A stretch of 64,000 nucleotides of DNA, from contig CM041465.1 in assembly GCA_023213395.1 (NCBI GenBank), positions 225,253,741 to 225,317,740 of the forward strand, in the 5' to 3' direction. Below the pieces are notes generated by a model. It made no database searches and was not told the origin of the DNA. It worked only from the letters and a program-made list of their open reading frames with translations. The stretch comes from Cycas panzhihuaensis (lineage: Eukaryota; Plantae; Cycadophyta). The position numbers were made by a program, and so were the translations under genes. Within the stretch, counting starts at the first letter, position 1; each line of letters starts with the position of its first letter. This document shows, one piece after another, positions 25,893 to 36,400 of this stretch.

Positions 25893-27670
25893 GTGGTATC
25901 ATAGTTGAGTTATAGATCATCTGAGGCAACAAAATAAGATCAGGGGAAAGCAAGAAAAGCAAAAGGAGAAAAAATTGAGGTTTTTTTTTTGTTCTTTTTC
26001 TTTGTGAAAATTTATAAATTATATCCTTCACATTATTTTTTATTAATTGGTTATGTTATAAAATTTTGAATCTTTGTAACAAGTTGTAAGTGGGCAACAA
26101 ACCCTCACCTGTTTTCCCTAGCTCTTAAGTAAAGACCTTGTGTTGGGGGTTTTTAAAAATCACAGGGGTTTGTCATTTCTGGCTATGTGTATGTAAATAT
26201 ACACTCGTGTGTGAAGTAATGTGGATAATACTATTTACACATGTTTTAAATAGAACCTAGCTACGAAATTGTGGCTCCACGCACCTTAGGATATATTACA
26301 GGGTCCTTTTCAACTTCTTTTGTATTACTTAGTTATAGAGAAATTGTCGGTTGCTTGCCTTATATAGTGCATTGTTTAGCAGTGCGTGTTAGGAAACTAC
26401 TCTTTTTGAACATTTTTGCATGATTTTTCATGGTTACAGTTTTGTAGTTAGTGCTATGAAATATTGTCCTGACTATAAGTAACTATAAAAAAGTTTATTG
26501 AAAGGCTTGTAGAATCAGGTAATCCTATGTCTGAATTGGTAGGTTACTTTCTTACATCAATTATTGTTGTTACACTCAAGTATGTTGAGACTATTGTACT
26601 TTGCACACTAACCACTATACTTGTGAAAAATATTAAATTTGCGACATCCCTACATATCAAGTAACATAATTAAACCACATAATTTTAGAATACAGTGATG
26701 ACAACAAATTTGAGAATATCGACAACTTATATTATAGAATCATCCAAAACATTTAAAGGCTTCTTGTCTAAACCTTTAGCCTAGTTTCATAGGATCATTT
26801 CAAGAAATATCCATCTCATTTAGATGAAATCTGTATTAGTAGATTCAAGATAGGAAAAAAAGGAGTATCGGGCCAAAAGTTTACTCTAGTCACATATACA
26901 TCTTATTTTAATTAGCGCCTCATGCAAAGCATTTTAAACTAAGTCATTTTTAATCCATGTTTTTAATATAAAATAATTGTTGGACCCGACTAATTGAAAA
27001 ATCACACATAATTTCACTAGCATCACCTTGATGAGCTTATCGCACTCGTCACAATGCACTAAGTTAGATTATTACTAAATTTTTTGGGAAAGCAACCTAT
27101 AGTCACCTTGTTCAAGCATATTTGTATTATGGAGGCCAACATGGTATAAATACTTCTAAAAACTTCGTTCTTATATGTATCACTCCCCAGTCCTTTAATT
27201 CCTTTTTGTCTACCTATTTCCCCTTTTGTGAAACACCCTTCTTTTAGATCTATTCCATTTTTCTTAATTTTCTTTCACACTTCTTGCAACACTAGATTAT
27301 TCTTCAATGGCCCCCACACAGGCTGATCACATCTATGAAGTGTTAAGAGGCATACTATGAGGGAATGCCTAAAAGCATAGTGAAACTATAATAGGAAGTA
27401 ACAAAGCTAAGGTAGAACATACAATAGAGACAAGATTTGAATGAACCACTGGATAGAGGATGACATGGACCACAAACTTGATAAGATACTCTAATAACTA
27501 GCGACCAACGATGATAACACGTCCACCTCCAGCTCAAAGGGCCCCTCACCACCACCTACTCGATTATTACCTTCTCCTTCATTAAGGTAGTTAGAGTTCA
27601 ATCATAAGATTGTAGTCTCAACTTTTGACCCTGATCTCAGTAAGGATTTTTCACGTAGTAAGTTAGAGTG

Positions 27671-30453
27671 TGGAGTCGCATCTGCGGGATGGTCACTATG
27701 CTTAATAGGAATTGAGGTGGTTAACAGTTAAGGCTGGGGGTATGAATGGGGACCTATAAGCAAAAGGGAACACCACATAGGGCGTCTGTGCGCCAGAGCG
27801 CGAGTTCGGGACCTACGAATGGCGCCCAAGTACCTCAGAGTAGCTTTTAAATTCGAGAGGGAAGACATACGCAGGAGTATCCTGGATGTTCTCAAAGAGG
27901 GAGGTCCTCCCACCCTTGGATAACCGGAAGGGAAGAGGAGGAACCCTAGATGGAGAGGTTCCTATGGCAAAGGAACACAAGACAAAAGGGTATAGACAAG
28001 TGTATGTAGGCTTCCCTAAGCTAATTGGTTTAAGCAAATCTAACCAAGGGAATGAATAAAGAAAAGGGGCTAAGAGCTACTCTCTCTTTCTCTCTCTCTT
28101 TCATTCAATAACCAAAGGGTAATAGAAAAAAAGAGCAAGCGTCTTGTGTGCATTCAAGCAAGCAAACTAAGTGAAGTGCAACTATGAGTACTTTCAGGCT
28201 AGATAGGATAAATGGGAGGAATGCAGTCCCTACTATGCCCTTTTCTTATGAAGAACAAGTACACAACACATTTATGCAAAATAAATGCAAGTAGCTAATT
28301 TATTACCCTTTTTTGCTTTTATGTGATCTATTAAGCAAATGCAATAAACTTTAGATAGGAGCAAAAAAGGGAAAGGGATCAATGGAGAGAGACGATGCGT
28401 ATCCGGGAAGTGTAGCAGTTGATGAAGAACCTCACTTGTGTGTGACGTACGCCCTTTCACCTATAGTTGACGTGTAGCCAAAGTTGGTATGGAGAAACAT
28501 GGGTTTCCTTACCTTCCCCGTACAAAAAACAAAGCGAAGTGGGAAAAGCAAAGAAAGCGAGTAAACGTACTAAGAAACAAGCGAAGTAGAAGAGAAAAGA
28601 AGGGTGATGGTTTACCCAGAGCCGTACGTTCTTCCTCTTCACGGATGTTACTTCAAACCTGCATCCACAAGAGTATTTCCCTTCCAAGAAGGGGCTACAA
28701 GATACTATATAGGCAAATATATCATATGAATGCTAAAATTTTATATTTGAAGTTAGTATAACTACTACTGAAAATAATTCTGCTTTCCTCAAAATAAAAC
28801 CACGCATACCAAGCAAGAAGGGAAAGGGTAGCCTTAGGATGGAAAAACCCTCCGCTAAAGGCTCTCCACGCAGCCTCAAAACACGGCAAGGTCAAGGTTA
28901 TGCAATAGTCTATGGGCAGCAAATGAGCATGGGGATGAATTATACAAGATGTGGGAGAGACGCTTAGGTAACGAAGTCGCTATGGACAACGAATCGCCAC
29001 GCAAGTCTCACAGGAGGTCCAAAGGGATGCCGGACAAGATTAGGGGCATGGAGAAGGCCCAAAAGAGGGGCATGCAGTTGGAATCGGTCAGCAAGGGTCA
29101 CAGAGGCTGCGATATCCTGTGCAGGCCAGGATTCCACCCACTCCTAATTAACTTAAGGAAAGCATGGGCGCAAGAGAGGAAGGATGGGAAGGGGTCTGCC
29201 CTTGGGGGGTAGGCCTAATTGGGACGGATCCCACCTTACTCCCTTCGCATAATCCTTGTGAGCCCCCTCCCGTAGCTTTCTTGAAGAAAACCAGCGGAGA
29301 AATGGGATGGAAATCAAGGATACAAAGTCAAACAACAAGAAAAACAATCCTTTCTACAGCCAAAGGACAAAAGAGAAGAAAAAATATACTTTCAAGAGGA
29401 TCTAATGGAACAAATACATACTAAATCATGAAAATAAGGTAAAGGGTACCTGCTGGGCTAAGATGAGGGCAAATTTGCCCCTACAACCAGTAGAAGAGAG
29501 CAGGTCCTACAAGGTTTGCAGGGTATTTCTTAAAGTGGGGCTGTAGTAAACACTTGCTGGGCGAAGTTGAGGAAGAAACGGGGAGATCTTGCTTAGAAAC
29601 GCTTGGAGGAGGGTCTCCCATCATGAAACAGAGCTGCTACAGGTGGATCATGAGCTGGAATGACAGAAACGCAAAGTTGCAGGCGCACCTGTGAAGGAGA
29701 GGAGGAAGAGAGCAGAAATACAATAGTAAAGCGTGATGTTTGAGAGCCAAGAGATCTGAAATGATGAATTTTTTGGGATATATACTCATCCCAACCCTAA
29801 TCAAGCGATTAGGGTGCGAATGGCGCTGAATTGGTCACTTGTCCACGTGGCAATTCCACGAAAAAATCGAGAATTGCCACGGCGGATTAAAAAAATAAAG
29901 TGCAACAGTCGCACCGCAGTAATCTTTGTGGTACCGCTTAGTTTACAGCGGTGCGAGACCAAAAAGCCAAAATGGGAATGACCGAGTTTCTAGGAGCCCT
30001 AAAAGAGGTGTGACAGGCCTAGGAGGGGCTGGCCCCCCTGTCCAGGTGGCTAGGGACAATCCAGAAAGCATATGAACTAGTTCAAATGAGGCACCAAGAG
30101 CTAGAAATCCCAGAATTGTCGTGATGAGGACACAGGATCAGGGTATAAGCAGATCACACCAATTGAGTGAGGCCTGAGGTGACGTGGAGGTAGCGCGGAG
30201 GATCGTAGAGTGCCATGGGGATGCCTACCTTGCGGAAAGGTAGGTCATGTGGGTCGTCATAGGCTCACAATACGACGAGCAGCATGATCAAGCAATGGAT
30301 GCAAGGTGATCGTATAAATGTGGCAGTCAATCGTGCAATGGGGCAATGCTTCTATCTACCTTTTCAAAGAGACAGTAAAAGTGAAAAGGGAGAAGTATAC
30401 CTACGCTTACCTAAGTCGACCTGTCCATATCCATTCCCGATAGCCGGGAAACA
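27671..30453 (-). repeat. 3' LTR of the Tat element (2783 bp)
   Basis: TG...CA termini; 27 differences in the first 230 bp versus the 5' LTR (23 transitions), counted by hand. Confidence 0.95.
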
Positions 30454-30874
30454 CTGCCCCCTTGGCAGCAGAGCCTCGCCGCTCGGAAGCATGGTGCATT
30501 GGCGAATGTTGGCAACAAAAACTGTTAGTAGTACATGTATATATATCAATCATAAGCATAATAGGAGCCAATGGTGCCATCGAGTGTCGTGGCGGAACGC
30601 ATGGATACGAGGAAAAGGGTAGAGACGACATAGAGGTTGCCTATGCGTCACCCGGGAATCGACCGGAAGCTATGACGGATGAGGGGGATGCCTCCATCAT
30701 AAGGATGCAAAGAGAAAGTGCAATGGTGATATCAAGAGAAAGAGTAAATGAACAAACCTAATGGTCGCCATAATTTAACCTCATTAGCGGCTAGTTTTCG
30801 GAGGTGCGAGCGGATTGCAAAAAGAAATGCAAACTGGCTCGATACTTGGGTGGCAGGGCGACCATGCAAGTCTC

Positions 30875-31296
30875 TCAAGGGTGGTCAACCAGAAGAGGAA
30901 GGCGACGCTCAAGGATGAGACGAGCAATGATGTCTGCCTCGGTGTTGAGGGCCCGAGGGATGTGTCGGATGTCGATAGACTGGAAACAAGCCAATAGAGA
31001 CCTGGCTGTCGAAGCGAGGGCTCTCGGGTGTGGGTATTGCACCTGGTAAACTTGGGTGAGATGAGACACCACCACCTGGAGTCGCAAAGAAGAACAATAG
31101 ATCCGTGGTGAAATCAGAGTGCATGAGTAAGGGCTTCAATAACGGCCGTATACTCGACTTCGTTATTGGTGGCTTTGGGGAAGAAGATTCCATAACGTAG
31201 AAAATTATGTCCAGAAGGGTCACGAAGAATCCATGCGGCGGCGGAGGGGCTAGGATTACCGCGGCTCCTGCCATCGGTGAAGATAAAGAGAGTCAT
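30875..31296 (-). pseudogene. Stand-alone archaeal-type RNase HI in the 3' region of the Tat element
   Basis: MTLFIFTDGRSRGNPSPSAAAWIL...ATNNEVEYTAVIEAL...LLCDS/QVVVSHL...HIPRALNTEADIIA. All four acidic catalytic positions are present; one stop and one 1-nt frameshift. Confidence 0.92.
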
Positions 31297-31825
31297 GGAC
31301 GAGAAAGGAAAGTGTCTTGGTAGAGAAAATGTACAATCGAAGCAAAAGAGGCTCATATGGCAAGCAATGATGGCCGTGAAGGGTAGGAGGACCCAACAAT
31401 AAGGTTACCCGAGAACAAGAGTAGGCTATTCGACCACTGGTAGAGAGTAGGCGGTGAAAATGGCACCCGGAGATGCCAAAGGTTCCTTAAGAAAGTAAAG
31501 AATGATCCTGAACGGAGGGAGCGTTCCCTTTGGAGACCCCAGGGGCAGGAACGAGCTGCAAAAACAAGTCTAGGACGACGAAACGAGCCAAACGAGTATA
31601 AACTCGGGCATGCACAAGAGTGGCACGTAAAACGAGATAGAAGGGCCCTGGCAAAAAATGCATTGGTGAGGTGCCATTAATGCACCTGAAGGAGTGAGCA
31701 AAACAGAGTCTATGGAAGCGCAATGGGAAACAGGGCCAGAAGGCAATGATAATCGTGGATGAGAAACGGTCTCAAGGGCTGCCTCAAAAGTGAAAACGGA
31801 GAAAGTGCCTGTTGGGGCCCCTGCC

Positions 31826-31832
31826 TATATAA
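31826..31832. promoter_or_regulatory. TATA box (CTATATAAG) between the divergent aRH and PMD genes
   Basis: TATATA palindrome at 31826-31831, about 160 bp from the + ATG (31992) and about 150 bp from the - ATG (31677). Confidence 0.5.
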
Positions 31833-31991
31833 GGAAAACCGATGAAAATATGATTTATTTTCACGAGATCACGAACGAATCCAAAGCCATTTCCTTATGC
31901 ATCGGAGCACCACTCAACTTCGAGGCACACCGAAGGAGATCCGACTGTTGGATCGTGACCGAGAGACAGTTGTTGAGACCAGGACGACGAG

Positions 31992-34297
31992 ATGGCGACA
32001 ACTCGACCAGATCTAGTGAGTGGGTTGCCAAAACCCTATCCTATCTTGTGATTTGAAAGTTATTGCTTTTCATTGAATTTATGTAGTTTTTTGGGCCCTA
32101 CAAGGGTAAAGAATGATCTCCCGGAGTCCAAACTGGACCCAGAGGCGGGACCGGGGCATTAAGTAGTCCTGGTCCTAGTGGGCCCAACTGTGGCCCGCTC
32201 ATGAACAATTTTTGTGATCTTTTGGGCGGGAAACCCCCCTTTTTAGGGGGGTGATGTTCGCAACGCGGTAAAGATCAGGGTGCAGCGATCTTTGCCGCGA
32301 GGCCCCGATCGCCGCGGGACCCAGGCCAAACTCCGCGGTACCACGAAGTTTGGCGCGGTGTGAAGGCAGACCTTATGAAAAATAAAGACGGGGGGACAAA
32401 GGTCCCAAATCTCGACCAAATAAGGCCGAGGGACAATCCAGAGGATAGAGGGGTGAGCGTGAGTCAGAGTTTGACCAGTTTCATGGTGTTTTGCAGGCGG
32501 TGATCGCGGTGGAGAACCGCAAGAATATCGGTATGGCCATGTTCAGTTTTATCAAGATAATGACTCGTGAGGATAGGCAGGTTTTAACGAGGTGTGGCCT
32601 GCTAAAGGTCACAAGGACGCCTCAGTACACTTCAGACCAGAGGCTATTAGTAGATATTGTGTCTCATTGGGATAGACGGAGGCATGTCTTCTATTTACCC
32701 CAAGCAGGGGATGTATCGGTGACGCCGAGGGATATCCAGAGGATATTGGGGGTGCCGGCGACAGGGAGGCCATCATCACTAGGAGCACTGCCTAGCAATG
32801 AGGCAGTACACAGAGAGGCAGCGACATTCTTCACTGGCTCGGACAGATAAGAGAGGTGAGGGATACCTCTCCAGAGTATAGTCATGTCAGTGATTTCTCG
32901 TGTGAGGAAGTTGATTACACTATGCATTCTGTTCTGGATATCCCAGAAACGGAACTATAGGGACATACCGAGCGGTTGGATGGATGCGGTACAGAGATGT
33001 GAGGCTGGGGAGAGGCGAGATTGGGCTACCCTCATAGCGACGAACCTTGTCGGCCAGCTAGACGCTATTCAGGAAGTAGGGAAGGGTGGCCTATCATATA
33101 ACACCCTTTTACAATGTTAGTTTTTTGACCACTTTGGAGCAGTGGCGCCGACGGGGGGACCACACCCCATCTTTGAGTGGGTCCCCATGGTACATAGATG
33201 GCTGACTACGTTTAAGGGGAGCGAGGACCAGGCACACGTCCGGCATTCAGTGGAGGCCATATCATTGGACCTCCTCACCATGACTGACTATATATCAGAC
33301 CCATATAGAGCGGTGAGGTGGGATAGCGACGATGAGGCAGGCGGGGCAGGAGTGCCCCTAGGAGATGATGGTGAAGACAGAGGCGATGGAGGTAATGGGG
33401 TTGGCCCATTACGAGCTACAGGAGAGGCAGGTCCATCAGGGACTGCAGGTGGAGAGGCAGGTCCATCCAGGACCGCAGGAGGAGAGGCGGGCCCCTCAGG
33501 AGCTGCAGAGGAGAGTAGGGGCCCAGTGAGACGAGCCCAGAGGTTGCAGATTGTCAGGAGATCCGAAGAGGTAGCAACACCAGCTGAGGAGAGGAGGCAC
33601 GTCCCAGTAGTTGAGGCGGTGGACAAAGAGGTACCTGAGGAGGAGGAGGTACCTACAGCTGGTGGAGTGCCCGGGGGGGAGGCAGTCATCCGAGTCGAGG
33701 AGTCGGCGGCTACACCAGGTGAGACACGACCTTCTCCTGTCATCATTTAATTGCCAGATGTATATATGTTATTTGATTTTGATTTGGCATGTATATGGAC
33801 ATGTATTCACATGTGACGTGTTGGATTTGCAAGTATAGTAGATATCCAGATGCTGATAGAGGCGGTAGTCCAGGAGATGTTCAATCGGGCCTACGCAGAG
33901 GGGCAACCTCCCATCTAGGCAGGTGACAAGCCCAAATCAGCAGGTGCTTATACGGTAGCATTCGCCCCATTGGTGAGGGCGAGGGATGTTTGGATTACAA
34001 AGTCCTAGGAGAACGAAGCATGTGCAGGATGCCTTCACGCCGAGCTAGACACGACCTAAGCTGAGAGGGATGCCCTACAGTAGCCTGCAGTGCTCGGAGG
34101 CCTGTGGAGGAACTGGAGGGGATGTAAAGAGTCGCATCCAGCTAGCAGTGATGGAGGAGCATCTCTGGGGGATGGAGGAGAGGCTCCGCAGTGTAGAGGG
34201 TGATTGAGATCGTATCCAGGCCCGATACGATCGACTGGTAGACGAGGTGGCCTCGAAATCGTTGCAGAGCAGGACATATACAGGCGACGACCCCTAG
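31992..34297 (+). pseudogene. Spliced antisense Plant Mobile Domain (aminotransferase-like PMD; MAIN/MAIL-like) gene inside the Tat element: exons about 31992-32015, 32497-33718, 33833/33839-34297
   Basis: LLVDIVSHWDRRRHVFYLPQAGDVSVTPRDIQRILGVPATG, DWATLIATNLVGQL and LLQC*FFDHF match the PMD motifs LxxLxERWxxxxHTFxLPxGExTITLxDVxxLLGLPxxG, WxxxxLAxL and LLQxW. ORFs 32491, 32884 and 33142 are one frame broken by 3 point stops. Donors GTGAGT 32016 and GTGAGA 33719; acceptor TTTTGCAG ends 32496; phases are compatible. Confidence 0.85.
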
Positions 34298-35156
34298 GAG
34301 GCCACGGGATGAGGGTAGTAACGCGGAGAGCTCCTAGAGGCGCAAGAGGAGCCTAGGAGGTATGTGGTCCCCAAGAAAGGGATCACATAGGTCAGGAGAT
34401 GACGCCCCAGGTGCGGGACAACAGTAGAGTAAAGTGTAGGAGTTTTGTTTTAGACAAGGGAAAGCATGGACCTCCAGGGAGTCACCATATATAGTCACAT
34501 GATTGTACTCCTCCCTGCAAGGATTCTGACTTCCCACGGGTGATGTACCATACCAGTTGTATGATATGACACATGATAATTTTTAATATATAGACGGGGT
34601 GATTGATATCCCATTTGATGTATGATTATGTGTATCATAACATGTGATGGATGATGTGTATATTTATGTTTACATGTTTATATTTGTATGTGTACGAGGG
34701 TACACGGATGCACGAGGGCATGGTTGATGATATTTTGAGCTGATCATTGTATGATTTTTGTGTTATGATATTTGTTTGCACTATACACATTTCCTTTCAT
34801 GCATGGCCATATTCCTAGCAGAGGCACGCACGATCATCATGAGTAGCGACGATAGATACATGTGAGGCTAGGAGATATAGCAGCACGCATGTCCACATGG
34901 GAGCATATCGGGATATGCAAAGGAAATGCCAATAGGAGGGGAGTCACGACACTCCAGAGTGTCATCCTAATTGGGGGATGCCCAAATAGGAGGACGAGGT
35001 TCACAAGGGAATGGGAACAAGGGTTCCGCAGGAGGAACAAAAAAGGAACGAGAGGGCCATCCTAAGTCGTCATCCTGCCCATGGTCAAGGGGAATGGGAA
35101 CAACTTAGGATGGTAGTTTAGGCTCATTTTGGAGCATGGAAAAGACAATGAAGAAA

Positions 35157-36400
35157 TCATGTATAGAATTTTTTGAGGAATTTCGCGTTAACGGCTTTCT
35201 CAAATTCGAGGCCCTCTAGGGTGGCAATCCTATAGGCGCTGTTATCGAGACTCTCGAGAACGACAAAGGGACTGACCCATTTAGGTCTGAATTTGGTCAA
35301 GCGGTCATGGAGATATTCCAGCTTGAGGATGTGGTCCCCAGGATATAAAGGACGGAAATAAAGGTGTTTATCGTAAGTCCTTTGTGAACGGGCTTTGGAC
35401 ACGATGTTAGCTTGATAAATGACTAAACGTCTCTCATCCAAAGCCTCAAGATCTAGGAAACGAGCCTGACGGATAGACTCCTCATCGATAAGACCTCGTA
35501 GAGATGGGATATCCACTTCCAATGGGAGCACTGCCTCAGTCCCATAAACTAGGGAGAATAGAGTAATTCCTGTAGCCACACGGATAGATGTACGATAGGC
35601 CCATAAGACGGAAGGGAGCTGGAGGTGCCAATCTCTCTGAGATTGAGCAACAGTTTTCTTTAGGATATTGATAAGAGTTTTGTTGAATGATTCAACCTGA
35701 CCATTTGCTTGGGGGTAATAAGGAGAAGAGGTTTTGTGAGAGATCTTGAATTTCTCATAAAGTTCATCCATCTCCTTGCTACAAAAAGGGGTTCCATTGT
35801 CTATAATCAAGACGTCGGGAATCCAAAAGCCGCAAATGATATGTTGGTAGATGAAAGTAGCTATCGTCTTACCAGGGGTAGTGATCAAGGGAATAGCTTT
35901 CGCCCATTTAGTAAAGTACTTTGTGGCAGTCAAGATGAACTTGTGCTGTGACGAAGAGGGTGGTGATATGGCCCCGATGAGGTCTAAACCCCATTGGGCG
36001 AAGGGCCATGGAGATACGATGAGGTGAAGAGCCTCGGAAGGCATGTGGGAGATGTTGACGTGCTCTTGGCATCGTCGATATCTTAAGGTGTAGGCATGGG
36101 CATCCTTGAAGAGGAACGGCCAATAATAGCCCATACGAAGGATCCTTTGGGCCATGGACTGGCCCCCAAAGTGGCCCCAACAAATGCCATGGTAGCATTT
36201 GCGAAGTATGTGGTCTGCTTTGTCAGGAGTGACGCAACGGAGGAGGATCCTATCAAAAGATCTCTTGTACAATACTTCCTCCATAAGGAAGTATTACCTC
36301 GTGGTGGTCTAAATGCGTGACCTAACCTTGTTACTAGCTTTTGGGCGATACTACTGCTGAGTAAGGTACCACATGATGTCACCATACCACTCACTATCAA
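35157..36400 (-). CDS. Tat integrase (ORF 35157-36284 open)
   Basis: YHGICWGHFGG...GYYWP...CQEH; WPFAQWGLDLIG; DNGTPF; SSPYYPQANGQVE; VLWAYRTS; VYGTEAVLPLEV; KFRPKWVSPF. Confidence 0.95.

Noticed and set aside
27820-27829. TGGCGCCCAA resembling a tRNA-Lys PBS (also near 42158)
   Set aside because: Only 10 nt, inside the LTR and on the wrong strand; the real PBS is at 41988-42007.
28272-30453. ORFs repeated in both Tat LTRs
   Set aside because: They recur because the LTR is duplicated; starts, stops and frames differ between copies.
30454-35157. env-like gene in the Tat 3' region
   Set aside because: No convincing signal-peptide/transmembrane ORF; the region is explained by the PMD and aRH genes.
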